Positions 40,831 through 55,900 of a stretch of DNA of 64,000 nucleotides are shown here, piece by piece. The notes under the pieces were generated by a model that saw only the letters and a list, made by a program, of their open reading frames with translations, was not told where the DNA came from and searched no databases. Each line of letters begins with the position of its first letter. Position 1 is the stretch's first letter. The translations under genes and the position numbers were made by a program. This stretch comes from an uncultured Acidobacteriaceae bacterium (GTDB taxonomy: Bacteria; Acidobacteriota; Terriglobia; Terriglobales; Acidobacteriaceae). The stretch is taken from NCBI GenBank assembly GCA_963812685.1, contig CAWEWI010000004.1, positions 650,220 to 714,219 on the forward strand, written 5' to 3'.

Positions 40831-41655
40831 ATGCTCCTTCGCCTGGGCTATGACATGCAGTTTGACATCCCCGAACCGGTCGCCTGCGTGGCACAACTGC
40901 GGATTCACCCGTCACGCGCCGCGGTCCTGCGCGAGCCGGACTTCGTCCATGTGGAACCCGAGGTTCCTGTCGAGCAATACAGCGACTCTTTCGGCAATCT
41001 GTGCACGCGCTTTCTGGCGCCCACCGGCACGCTGCGCCTGAAGAACGACTTTTTCTTTGAAGACCCGGGGCTGCCCGATCCCGCCAGCCCTTACGCCCTC
41101 GCGCATCCCGTCGCCGAGGTGCCTCACCAGGTGCTTCAGTTTCTGCTCAGCAGCCGGTATTGCGAAGTGGACAGCCTCGCGCCCGCGGCATTCGACCTGT
41201 TCAGCAACACGGTACCGGGATGGGAGCGGGTGCAGGCCATTTGCAATTACGTCCACGCTAAAGTCGCCTTCGGCTATCAATTCGCGCGTCCGACCAAGAC
41301 CGCGCTTGACGTGTTCACCGAGCGCCAGGGCGTGTGCCGGGATTTCCAGCATCTGGCCATCACCTTTTGCCGGGCGCTGGGGATTCCTGCGCGCTACGCT
41401 GCCGGCTATCTGGGCGACATTGGCGTGCCGGTTTCGGATACGCCCATGGATTTCAGCGCATGGTTCGAGGTGTACCTCGAAAATCGCTGGTGGACCTTCG
41501 ATGCCCGCCATAACGTGCCGAGGATCGGCCGGGTCCTGCTGGCGACTGGCCGTGACGCGGCGGACGTGGCGTTCTTCACATCCTTCGGCGCGGCCAATCT
41601 GAAAAGCTTTCTGGTGATTTCGGACGAGGTCAAGGAGCCGCTCGCCGCGAAATAG
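40831..41655 (+). CDS. transglutaminase-like cysteine protease family protein
   Basis: The N-terminal Bact_transglu_N-like region is followed by the core QGVCRDFQHLAITFCRALGIPARY..GY ... FDARHN (Cys-His-Asp arrangement). GGAGG lies 4 nt before the ATG. Confidence 0.85.
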   Translation: MLLRLGYDMQFDIPEPVACVAQLRIHPSRAAVLREPDFVHVEPEVPVEQYSDSFGNLCTRFLAPTGTLRLKNDFFFEDPGLPDPASPYALAHPVAEVPHQVLQFLLSSRYCEVDSLAPAAFDLFSNTVPGWERVQAICNYVHAKVAFGYQFARPTKTALDVFTERQGVCRDFQHLAITFCRALGIPARYAAGYLGDIGVPVSDTPMDFSAWFEVYLENRWWTFDARHNVPRIGRVLLATGRDAADVAFFTSFGAANLKSFLVISDEVKEPLAAK

Positions 41656-41696
41656 CCCACGCCGTGTTCGGACCTTCCGAGCGGTCAATTCCGACA

Positions 41697-41710
41697 GGGG
41701 GGTACCCCCC
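41697..41710. repeat. perfect 14-nt palindrome GGGGGGTACCCCCC
   Basis: Read directly, about 40 nt after the transglutaminase stop; followed by a further C-run (ctcccccc). Confidence 0.9.
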
Positions 41711-41783
41711 CTCCCCCCTGGTGCGGGAAGTTATTCATTTTGCTGGGGCGCGTGGGTACCGTAAGTCAGGTATTACCCTGCGG

Positions 41784-41810
41784 GACAGGTTACGGGAGAC
41801 AGGTTACGGG
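41784..41810. repeat. tandem direct repeat, 2 x GACAGGTTACGGG (14-nt period) plus a partial third copy
   Basis: gggACAGGTTACGGGaGACAGGTTACGGGtCACAGG read directly in the 450-bp intergenic region. Confidence 0.9.
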
Positions 41811-41876
41811 TCACAGGATGGCCTGGGCCTCGACCGGACTCGTCCCCTGGCGAACGCGCTCAGGCAGGTTCTTCCG

Positions 41877-41916
41877 GAAAAGAAAAAAGCTCTGCGCGCG
41901 CTTGCGAGCAGAGCTT
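41877..41916 (-). terminator. orphan intrinsic terminator on the - strand
   Basis: - strand: AAGCTCTGC-12 nt-GCAGAGCTT followed by TTTTCTTTTCC. No - strand gene lies immediately upstream (the GYD gene on + sits between it and atpC). Confidence 0.55.
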
Positions 41917-42106
41917 CCCCTGTTCTTAGGCTAACGATTTACGCGAGCAGATCAAGGAAAATCAAAGGGGCGGCCGGTACGGAAGTACTGAACGACCTTC
42001 CCTGCTCCGGCGCTCTTCGGCCTCGGCCATCTCTGAGCCCACACGGGCGTATACTTGCCCCTCCCTCAGGAACCACCATTCAGATCGATCGAAAGGGGGC
42101 ATTCCC

Positions 42107-42436
42107 ATGCCCAGTTACCTGGTACAAGTGGCGTATACCGCCGAGGCGATTGCCGCGTTTATTGCGAAGCCGCAGGACCGCACGGAGCCAATTCGCAAAG
42201 TGGTGGAGAAACTCGGCGGCCAACTCGGAAAGTTGTACCTCTCCTTTGGAGATTACGACGTGGTGGGCATCTACGAGATGCCCGATAACGTAAGCGCAGC
42301 TGCATTCGCACTGACCGTGGCTGCAGGGGGCGCCTGCAAAAGCGTGAAAACCACTCCGCTCATCAGTACGGAGGAAGGGATCACCGCGCTGAAGAAGGCC
42401 GGCGGCTCCGGCTACAAGCCGGTGACAAAGAAATAG
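42107..42436 (+). CDS. GYD domain-containing protein
   Basis: MPSYLVQVAYTAEAIAAFIAKPQDR...LYLSFGDYDVVGIYEMPDN matches the GYD family pattern; about 109 aa; strong SD (AAAGGGGG) upstream. Confidence 0.8.
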   Translation: MPSYLVQVAYTAEAIAAFIAKPQDRTEPIRKVVEKLGGQLGKLYLSFGDYDVVGIYEMPDNVSAAAFALTVAAGGACKSVKTTPLISTEEGITALKKAGGSGYKPVTKK

Positions 42437-42476
42437 AAGATAGAGCAGGAACGTCCGGGGCGGCTGAAGCACTACG

Positions 42477-42904
42477 CTAGTGCTTCCCTGCCCCCGCGCT
42501 TTCCAGCTTGGCTTCGGCCTCGGCCATGACTTCATTGGCGTGGGCGTACTTCTCGGGGTCTTCGCCGGCTTCGTTCCACAGGTTCTGCCCGTGCTGCAGC
42601 TGCTCCTGCACCACGCCGGTATCGACCTCTTCCGGCTTCTCGGCTTCTTCGGCGAGGATGGTCACGCGATCGGGCAGCACCTCGACGAAGCCGCGGGCCA
42701 CCACATAGCGCTGGACGGACTCCTGACCGCGCGCCTCGCCTCCGTGCAGGCGCACTTCACCGGCTCCAATTTCGGAGAGCAGCGGAGCGGCGCCGTAGAG
42801 CACCTCGAAATAGCCGTCTTTGCCGGGCACTTCCACGGCTTCCACCGTCTGATCGACGAGGATGCGGTCGGGGGTCACGAGCCGGACTTTGAGCTGGTCA
42901 GCCA

Positions 42905-42905
<1 letters not shown>
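42477..42905 (-). CDS. atpC: F1 ATP synthase epsilon subunit
   Basis: LKVRLVTPDRILVDQTVEAVEVPGKDGYFEVL is typical. The start overlaps the atpD stop (TAATG). Confidence 0.93.
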
Positions 42906-45446
<2,541 letters not shown>

Positions 45447-45452
45447 GGATTC

Positions 45453-47698
<2,246 letters not shown>

Positions 47699-48411
47699 TT
47701 ATGCCTCCCCTCCGGAATCCTTGTTGAGAGACTTGCCAAATTCCCTCACCAGGGCGCGGTCGGTGTCGGTGGAAAGCTGAATCCTGCGCATGGCGTTATC
47801 GATGGCCAGATTGGCGGCAAATTTCTTCAGATCGCGCTGGGCCGCGGCCTGCACTGCCCCGATTTCCTGCTCGGCGGAGCGACAATACGTTCCCGCTCGG
47901 TTTCGAGAGCCGCGTGAATGCGCTGCTCGTCGCTGACGGCTTCCTGCTCCACCTGGTGGCGGATCGCGTCAATTTCAGAATCGAGCCTGAGAAGCCGGGC
48001 TTCTACTTCGGCCAGCCGGCGGTTGGCATCGTCGGTGGCCAGTCTTGCCTGGACGAGCTCCTTCTCCAGCGTTTCCGACCGCTTGCGGAGCATCTTCGGA
48101 ACCATCTTCCACAGGAAGATGGCGATGGCGAGGATCAGAACTCCGGAGTTGAGGTCCTCGAAAATCTGCGCGGCCGTTTCGGTCTTCACATGGGCGATGC
48201 GCGCGATGGCATTCACGGTGCTGGAGTGCCGATACTGCTCAATGTCAGAGTTGGTCTCCGGCTCGTCCATGTGCTCGCCGCCCTCCTGCCGAGGGCTTTT
48301 CTCTGCGAAGACGGAGAGCTCGTTGGTGGCCTGGGCATGCAGATGCGCCGCCGGTCCGGACAACAGGGCCGCGAAAAGCACCGCGCTCAGGCATCGAGTG
48401 AGGGTTTTCAC
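47699..48411 (-). CDS. atpF: Fo ATP synthase b subunit interrupted by a 1-nt frameshift; as given the ORF stops early at 47827
   Basis: GTG at 48411 overlaps the b' stop (GTGA). After ...ALETERERIV the listed frame gives APPSRKSGQCRPRPSAI-stop. The adjacent frame reads SAEQEIGAVQAAAQRDLKKFAANLAIDNAMRRIQ...KDSGGEA-TAA, ending 1 nt before the atpH ATG with GGAGGGGAGG as its SD. The span of 713 nt is a multiple of 3 minus 1. The real start could also be ATG 48270. Confidence 0.85.
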
Positions 48412-48869
48412 TGCGAATTCTCCGCAGCCGCCGGGGGAAGAACCGCGGCCAGAACCTGAGTCGCCAACTGGCTGGCGGAAGCCTCGATCTGCCGGCGGGC
48501 ATCGACGCTCTGCTGATGCAGAGCCTCCTGTGCGGCCTGGACGCGCTGCTGAGCCACGTGGCGGGCCGCGGCCAGAGCGGCTTCCCGCTCGGCGTTCCAT
48601 TGCTGGATGCGCTGCTCCCGGCGCCGAAAGATCTCCGCCCGGGCCGCGCGCAACTTCGCCTCGTATTCCTGGGACCGGACATCGGCCTGGCCGATCGCCT
48701 GGCGCGATTTTTCCAGCGCTCCAGAGGTGCGTTTCTCCCGCTCCGCGCGGGTCTCCATCAGACGGCCGTAGAGGATGTAGCGATAGGCCAAAACCAACGT
48801 AATAAAAAGGATCAGGGTCGGTATCGCACCGAGCGCAAGTTCACCAAGTTGTTGCAGCAATTCATTCAT
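48408..48869 (-). CDS. Fo ATP synthase b' subunit
   Basis: N-terminal TM (LALGAIPTLILFITLVLAYRYILY) followed by a long A/E/R/Q-rich coiled coil; directly precedes atpF. Confidence 0.85.
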   Translation of the reverse strand: MNELLQQLGELALGAIPTLILFITLVLAYRYILYGRLMETRAEREKRTSGALEKSRQAIGQADVRSQEYEAKLRAARAEIFRRREQRIQQWNAEREAALAAARHVAQQRVQAAQEALHQQSVDARRQIEASASQLATQVLAAVLPPAAAENSQ

Positions 48870-49178
48870 GGATTGGCCGGCGGTGGCAGTCGGGAACGAC
48901 TGAGAAGGATCAGGTGGAACTCTTGGTTCTAACAGAGGTAAAAAAACCGTGTCAAATGACGAAAGACACTTACCAGAGCGCTCCAGACCCCCAGTTCCAG
49001 CCTACACGTTCCGGCCTGCAGGACGCATCCGAAAAATCACCATTGGTGCCCTTGACCTGCGCCGGTTCCGGCGTATTATGGAAATACCACCTCGACCCGG
49101 ATCAGGGTCGGCGAACCGGGTGATCGGAGATACCCACCACTCTCCATCATCCGGTTTGTCATTTCCAGGACAATATGG

Positions 49179-50525
49179 CTACCGCGCGGCGTGCCGAAAA
49201 CGCCGATAGCGCCCCAGCAGCGAAGCGGGGCCGGTTACCATCATGCGCACCAGATTTCCTTCGTACTCCCGTTCGCGGATGACCGCGCCTGCCTCGAGCG
49301 CCGCGAGCACTTCTCCCTCCGATTGCGGAATCTGAAACCGCTGTTCGAGGATCGGGTCCTGCACCAGCTCTTCATCGAGTCGCTCCATCAGCGCTTCGAG
49401 TCCGATGTGTTCCAGGGCGGAGACCGCGATGGCTCCCCCCGGCCCCGTCGCGAGCGCAGCTCGTTCCTCCTCACTCAGCAGATCGATCTTGTTCAGGACC
49501 TCGAGCCGCGGCTTGCTGAGCACGTCCAGTTCACCGAGCACCTTCTCCACTTCCGCCTTGTGCTCGTCGCGCATGGGGCTCGACGCGTCGCGCACGTGAA
49601 CGAGGACTTCGGCTTTCCTCACTTCTTCCAGCGTTGCTCGGAATGAGGTGACCAGCGTGTGCGGTAGGTCGCGAATGAAACCCACGGTATCCGACAGCAG
49701 GACTTTTCTGCGGCTGGGGAGCTGAATGGCGCTCAGCTTGGGATCGAGCGTCGCGAACATCCGCGCCGACTCCAATACGCCCGCGCGCGTGATGGCGTTG
49801 AACAGCGTGCTCTTGCCGGCATTGGTATACCCAACCAGCGCCACCGTCGGCACGGGGACTGACTCCCGCCGCTGGCGTTGCTGAGTACGGATCCGTCGCA
49901 CCGCGTCGAGTTCCTTGCGGAGCTGCAGAACCCGCCGCTGAATGCGCCGCCGATCGGTTTCCAGCTGCGTTTCGCCGGGTCCGCGGGTGCCGATGCCGCC
50001 GCCGAGTTGCGACATGGCTTTGCCCCGCCCGGTCAGCCGCGGCAGCATGTATTCCAGCTGCGCCAGCTCCACCTGCAGCTGGCCCTCGCGCGTCCGCGCG
50101 TGGCGGGCAAAAATGTCGAGGATCAGCTGCGTGCGGTCGATGACTCTGCAGGGCAGAGCATTCTCGAGGTTGCGCAGCTGGGTGGGGCTCAGGTCGTGGT
50201 CGACAATGGCAACGTCGGCCTGCGTCGAAGCCGCGATCGCAGAAATCTCTTCAACCTTGCCGCTGCCCACCAGGGTGGCGGGGTCGGCTTTGGGGCGATG
50301 CTGCTCCACCTCGGCGGCAACACGGGCCCCGGCGCTGATCACCAGCTCGCGGATCTCCGCCAGGTGCGAATCTTCTTCACGAAGAGCCGGATGCACGGCT
50401 GTAGTGGATGCAGCCGCATTGCGCGCCTGCGCAGCACCGCGAGTCAGGGCTTTCCTCGGCGGTCCGATGACGACCGTGACCAGCAATGCCCGTTCCGCGG
50501 TCGTACCCGTCGCGTTCACTGGCAT
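49179..50525 (-). CDS. hflX: GTPase HflX
   Basis: [12 protein letters not shown] (G1), DTVGFI (G3), NKID (G4); lies downstream of hfq. Confidence 0.95.
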   Translation of the reverse strand: MPVNATGTTAERALLVTVVIGPPRKALTRGAAQARNAAASTTAVHPALREEDSHLAEIRELVISAGARVAAEVEQHRPKADPATLVGSGKVEEISAIAASTQADVAIVDHDLSPTQLRNLENALPCRVIDRTQLILDIFARHARTREGQLQVELAQLEYMLPRLTGRGKAMSQLGGGIGTRGPGETQLETDRRRIQRRVLQLRKELDAVRRIRTQQRQRRESVPVPTVALVGYTNAGKSTLFNAITRAGVLESARMFATLDPKLSAIQLPSRRKVLLSDTVGFIRDLPHTLVTSFRATLEEVRKAEVLVHVRDASSPMRDEHKAEVEKVLGELDVLSKPRLEVLNKIDLLSEEERAALATGPGGAIAVSALEHIGLEALMERLDEELVQDPILEQRFQIPQSEGEVLAALEAGAVIREREYEGNLVRMMVTGPASLLGRYRRFRHAAR

Positions 50526-50557
50526 TGAGTTGCGTCGCGCCTGTTTTCCTGGCCCCG

Positions 50558-50863
50558 TCAGGAGCCGGAAGCCTCCTGCACGGCCTGCGGCGGCGTGATG
50601 GCCACAGGTCCCACCTGCGCGGTATGCGGCGGACGATGTTCTCCGTGCAGTACCGAGCGGGTGCTGACCACTGTTGAAATCGCGTGTTTGAAAATCAGCT
50701 GCTCCTGGCTATTGTTCTCCAGCAGCACGGAGTACTTGTCGAAAGAACGGATCTTCCCGGTGAGCTTCACTCCGCTGACCAGATAAATCGTAATCGGGGT
50801 CTTGTCTTTGCGAACTGTATTCAGGAAGGTGTCCTGAATGTTCTGCGCCGGCTTGTTTTCCAT
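50558..50863 (-). CDS. hfq: RNA chaperone Hfq
   Basis: [40 protein letters not shown]...[11 protein letters not shown] are the Sm1/Sm2 motifs. ATG at 50863. Confidence 0.95.
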   Translation of the reverse strand: MENKPAQNIQDTFLNTVRKDKTPITIYLVSGVKLTGKIRSFDKYSVLLENNSQEQLIFKHAISTVVSTRSVLHGEHRPPHTAQVGPVAITPPQAVQEASGS

Positions 50864-51094
50864 GGCCGATCTCCTTGCCCTTTTGATTTGACTCGACGGT
50901 GAAACTCCAACAGAAAAAACTGCAGCGAAGCCGAAATGGTGGCGCCGCACCCACCGTCAAGGTGTTGCTATCAAGATACGGGTTTGCCGACGGTTTTCGC
51001 AACCTGGGGCCCTGCTCAGGGAAATATTTCCGGCGCTCTGCCGCCCCGCCGATGCGGATCCCGCACCCGGACCCTGCTGCGGCGCGGAATCGGC

Positions 51095-52225
51095 CTATTT
51101 ATGCCGCTTGCGGTGCGATTTTTGGTGATGTTCGGGGCTTCTGGCGGCCGCCGCGTGGGCGGGCTGGTCGCCAATCCGATGAACCACGACGCCATTGAGG
51201 CTGAAGCTCTCCGTCGCCGTGTCGCCCGGCTTCACCATCCCCGTCTGGGGATCGAGAGCAGGCTGATCGCCGATTGCGACCCGGAAGGAAAAGGTGGGAT
51301 CCTGATTCGCGGGAGCGGCCTGGGTTGCCGTTACCGGCAGATAGCCGTCCAGATTGCGCTCCCGATACGCCGTCTCGTAACGGTGCTTCTTGGTGTTCCA
51401 GGTATAAACCCGCACCTGATCGAAATCGTAGGGCAGGCCATCTTTGTAGGGCGCTAGCACGGCAACGTATTCAGGGACCTGATTGCCAGGGAGGTTCGCC
51501 CCGGGATCCGTCACCTTGCGCAGAACGTAGGCGCCTACAATTTTTTGTCCCTCCGCCAGGCCGGCGATCGCGTCAGGCACGTCCTCATCGAGGGTGCGCG
51601 CGCGGACCCAGCCCACATGACCGGAGCTGTCACGGATGAGCCAGTAGTCCTCGAGATCCGGTGGTGGCGGCGGTTGCGGTTGGCCGTTCTCCCGGCTTAC
51701 GGGCTTTTCCACCGGCATCGGCAGCGCCTGCGGAGCTTCCGGCCGGGGGACGGAGGCGCGCATCAGCAACTGCAGCTTGTCATTTTCCGGCAGCAGGTAG
51801 AAGCGGTCCGAGGTTCTTCCCGGCGCATCGCGGAGCCAGTAATCGTCGCGCAGGACGGCGGTGGCCACCACCGGGTCATTGGCGTTGTCCTTTTCCAGCG
51901 CGGTGAATTTGTCGTAGATCTGCTGATCGATCACGCCGTGATCTTCAATCCAGCCCACCTCGCCCCTGTCGGTTTTCACTTTGAGGAATCGGCGGCCGTG
52001 CTCGACCACCTGGAGACGCTGCCCGTTGACGACCTCGGCCACGCGGTTGCTGACGGCGGCAACGCGATCGCGCAGGTAGGTACCCCGGGCCCAGACATAA
52101 ACATACTCATGAGCTTGGTGGGGGACGAAGCGCCCGCAACCAAGGGTCAGGGCCAGTGCTGGCAGCAGAAGCCCAGGGAGCAATCCGGCCATCCGACGTC
52201 GCGAAAAGGGAGAGGATTTCAGCAT
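51095..52225 (-). CDS. lipoprotein with SH3b-like domains (hypothetical)
   Basis: Lipobox LALTLGC after a basic/hydrophobic leader. Repeated G-x-VGW(I/V) segments (RGEVGWIEDH, SGHVGWVRAR) resemble bacterial SH3. C-terminal basic tail. Confidence 0.6.
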   Translation of the reverse strand: MLKSSPFSRRRMAGLLPGLLLPALALTLGCGRFVPHQAHEYVYVWARGTYLRDRVAAVSNRVAEVVNGQRLQVVEHGRRFLKVKTDRGEVGWIEDHGVIDQQIYDKFTALEKDNANDPVVATAVLRDDYWLRDAPGRTSDRFYLLPENDKLQLLMRASVPRPEAPQALPMPVEKPVSRENGQPQPPPPPDLEDYWLIRDSSGHVGWVRARTLDEDVPDAIAGLAEGQKIVGAYVLRKVTDPGANLPGNQVPEYVAVLAPYKDGLPYDFDQVRVYTWNTKKHRYETAYRERNLDGYLPVTATQAAPANQDPTFSFRVAIGDQPALDPQTGMVKPGDTATESFSLNGVVVHRIGDQPAHAAAARSPEHHQKSHRKRHK

Positions 52226-52465
52226 TACAGAAGACTTTCGGCCCGTCTTTTGATGGCGCGGGTTACCAAAAGGATACATCCTTCGGGAGGGACACCGAGC
52301 GCAGGCGAAAGTTGCCTACGTTACTTCCAGGGTGCGCCGTCAGCCCGCATCCCCGCCTCACTTCCGGTCTGTCTGGATGCTGAACGTCGGCCGGGACGGC
52401 GGCATTGAGAGTACGCTGAGCTACACATCGCATGAAGGCGATTTCCTAAAAAGAGGGGAAAATAG

Positions 52466-52942
52466 ATGGCTCCCATGAGTGAAGCGAATTCGAACCCAAA
52501 GCCTGCCAGCGGAGCCGACCTTGCCCAGATCGTCACGGAGGCAATGACGTCCGATGACGTCGAAAGTATGGTCAACGCGTTTGCTCCAGACGGCGAGTGG
52601 GTGATCATGGCCACGGGCGAGACGTTCCGCGGATACGATGAGATCAGGCAACTGGCGACGCGATCCGTGGCTGCACGAGATCATACGGAAGGGTTGGGCA
52701 TCAAGCCCACAAACGTCTTCACCAATTCCGAAGGCACGAAACTCTGCTGGGAGTATGTGCACACGGGGGTGGTCACGGACAAATGGCCGGCATCGTCTCA
52801 CAAAGTAGCTCCGGGGACAAAGTTCGATTTGCCCATCATCCTTATCTGTGACATCCGCCAGGGCAAGCTCGTCAGGATCAGGGAGTACTTCGACTTGCTG
52901 ACGCTGCTTGAGCCCGATACGCCGCATCGACTCTATTCTTAG
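52466..52942 (+). CDS. NTF2/SnoaL-like fold protein
   Basis: About 158 aa with the pattern FAPDGEWV...G..FRG.DEI...F... and IREYFD near the C-terminus, typical of SnoaL-like polyketide-cyclase-fold proteins. Confidence 0.6.
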   Translation: MAPMSEANSNPKPASGADLAQIVTEAMTSDDVESMVNAFAPDGEWVIMATGETFRGYDEIRQLATRSVAARDHTEGLGIKPTNVFTNSEGTKLCWEYVHTGVVTDKWPASSHKVAPGTKFDLPIILICDIRQGKLVRIREYFDLLTLLEPDTPHRLYS

Positions 52943-52970
52943 GACCTTAGGGCAATCGGCGGCGCTGTCG

Positions 52971-55900
52971 TTACTGCGGCTTCGGCGTCAGACGCACGAA
53001 TCGCGGAGCCAGCTCCTCCCATTTCGACAACAGCCAGTACGCCCGGGTGCTCGCCGTCTTCTCGCCATGCAGCTGGACCAGCCCGAGGATGCTCGCCCTG
53101 GCCTCGGCATCCAGCGTGTCGTAGGGCTCCGGCGTCAGGAACTCAGCGTGGTATCTCTGCTTCGCGAGGAAACTCCCGTCTTCATCGAAGACCCAGGCTT
53201 CGCCGCCGGTCATCCCGGCGCCGAAGTTCATCCCCGTCGCGCCCAGCACTGCGACCAGTCCGCCGGTCATGTACTCGCAGCCGTGGTCGCCGACGCCTTC
53301 GACGACGGCCAGCGCTCCGGAATTCCGCACGGCAAAGCGCTCGCCCGCGCATCCGGCAGCAAACAGCGCCCCGCTCGTCGCTCCATACAGCGCAACGTTG
53401 CCGAGGATGGTATGCAGCTCCGGTTGCAGCGCCGCGCGTCCCTGGCCGCGCAGAATGATCTCCCCTCCTGACAGGCTCTTACCGACGAAATCATTAGCCA
53501 GTCCTTTAAGGATGATCTGCATTCCTGGAACCGCAAAAGCTCCGAAGGACTGCCCTGCTTCTCCCGTCAGCCGGAAGATCAGCGGCGCGTGCGACGTGAG
53601 TCCCGCCGACTGCAGCATCGCCAGTTCCCCGGCGAGTCGCGCGCCAAAGGTCCGGTCCTCGTTGGCAATCAGCGAGTCGACCAGGAAGGGTTCGCCTGCC
53701 TTGTATGCCGCCACGCCTGGCTCGACCCACGCATCATCGATGGGTGGGTGATCCTCAGGACGCAGGTTGCGTTTCCCCTGCCAGTGCGTCACGCCTGCCT
53801 GGCCGCCATCCGGCGGAGCCGCGAGCATCGGACCCAGATCGAGGCAGCCGTCGAAGCGGGTCTGCTCCAGCAAATCGGTCCGGCCGATTGCCGCATCCAG
53901 AGAAGGCAGCCCAAGCTCAGCAAGCAACACGCGAATCTCCCCGGCCAGCCCTTCGAAGAACCGGATCAGATGCTCCGCTTTGCCGCGGAACTTTGCCCGC
54001 AGCTCCGGCTTCTGCGTCGCAATCCCCGTGGGACACGTATTCAAATGACACTGCCGCGCCATGTCGCAGCCCAGCGCCACCAGTACCGCGGTTCCGAAGG
54101 CGTATTCATCGGCACCCAGCATCGCAGCTACGACAATGTCCCGCGCCGTCCGCAGTCCGCCGTCGCAGCGCAGCCGCACGCGGCCACGCAGGCCGTTGCG
54201 GATCAGCACCTGCTGCGCCTCGGCCAGGCCCAGCTCCCACGGATTGCCCGCGTACTTGATGCTCGACAGCGGCGACGCGCCGGTGCCGCCGTTGTGCCCG
54301 GCAATCACGATGTAGTCGGCGTATGCCTTGGCCACGCCCGCGGCAACCACCCCGACGCCGCATTCCGAAACCAGCTTCACGCCGATCGCGGCCTTCGGAT
54401 TGATGCGCCGCAAATCGTGGATCAGTTGCGCCAGATCCTCGATGGAATAAATGTCGTGGTGCGGTGGCGGGCTGATGAGCTGCACTCCAGGCTGCGCATG
54501 CCGCAGCCGCGCGATCAGCTCCGTGACTTTATGGCTGGGCAACTGCCCGCCTTCGCCTGGCTTCGACCCCTGCGCGATCTTGATCTCCAGCTCTTCCGCG
54601 TGCATCGCGTACTGCGCGGTCACGCCAAAACGCGCGGACGCCACCTGCTTCACCTTGTTGTTCAGCAGCTCCGACGGGAACGAATTGCCGGCGACCTGCA
54701 AGTGCGCTCCCGGCTCGTAAACCGCGGGGTCTTCCCCGCCCTCGCCCGTGTTCGACCGCCCGCCGAGCATGTTCATCGCCGCGGTGATCGTCTGGTGCGC
54801 TTCGGGGCTCAGCGATCCCAGCGACATTGCGCTCGCGATGAATCGCCGATACAGGTTCTCCGCGGGTTCCACCTGAACCAGTGGGAGCGGCCCCGCTGCC
54901 GCGCGCACTTCCAGCAGATCGCGCAGCACCGCCGGCTCTTTTTCTTTCGCCTGGGTGGTGAACGCGCCCCACGCCTGCGCGGAATCCGTCGCCGCTGCGG
55001 TCGCTGCCTTGGTCGCGCCGGTGATGGTCTGCAGCAGGCGCACGGTCTGCGGTTGCCATCCATGCGGCTCGGCCTTATCCGCCTTGCGAAAGCGAATCCA
55101 GCCGTAATCGGGCAAATCTTTTGTCGCCGCGATGGTCACCAGCGGTCCGCCGCTGTCTCCTGCCTCGGGAGCATCTCCGCCCGCGTCGCCGCTTTGCGCG
55201 CCCAGCCACATCTCGCGCAGGCTCGCTTCCAGTTCAGGGAATCCAATCCCACCCAGCGGCGCCGGCGTGCCTTCGAAGCAGCGCTCTACCACCTCGCGGC
55301 TCAGCCCGAGGCAGTCGAAAAGATGCGCGCCGCGGTAGCTGTCCACCACCGAGATGCCCATCTTCGACATGATTTTCGCGAGGCCCAGATCGAAGGCGTG
55401 CAGAAGATTCGCTTCGCCCTGCCCCGGATTGAGTTGCCGCGCCGTTTCCAGCGCAAGCCACGGGCAGATCGAGCCCGCGCCCATCCCCAGCAGCACCGCA
55501 GCATGATGCAGATCGCGGCAATCCGCCGCTTCCACCGCAAGCCCGACGCGAATGCGCTCGCCCACGCGGATCAGCGCATGATGCACGGCGCCCGTCGCCA
55601 ACGCCATGGGAATCGGAATGGCCTGCTCACCGCATCCACGATCGGTGAGCAGCAGAATCGCCGCGCCCCCGCGCACCAGCTCGATCGCCTTGCTGCCCAG
55701 ATCGTCCAGCGCCGTCAGCAGATTGCACGCTGGATTGAAGACGCATTCCAGCACCGCCAGCGGCAGATTGCTCGCCAGATCATGCTTCCGCCGATGCAAT
55801 GATTCCATCTGTGACAGCGAAAGAAACGGCGAACTGAGCGACAGTCCAGGCAGCCGCTCCTTCGTGCCGAGAACATGCGGCCAGGGCCCCAGGCGCGTAT

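Noticed and set aside
41697-41718. The G6-TA-C7...C6 tract considered as a G-quadruplex/i-motif or as the terminator of the transglutaminase gene.
   Set aside because: There is only one G-run, so no intramolecular quadruplex can form. As a hairpin it has a 4-nt loop but no following U-tract. It is reported only as a palindrome within the larger intergenic finding.
41980-42050. 22-codon mini-ORF on the - strand (MAEAEERRSREGRSVLPYRPPL) upstream of the orphan terminator.
   Set aside because: No SD is present, the composition is not protein-like, and it is too short to evaluate. I treat the region as non-coding.
52943-52971. Missing gltD next to gltB, considered as a sign of an unusual glutamate synthase.
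   Set aside because: Separated gltB and gltD genes occur in many genomes, and the large subunit here looks complete. Nothing in the sequence itself points to novelty.
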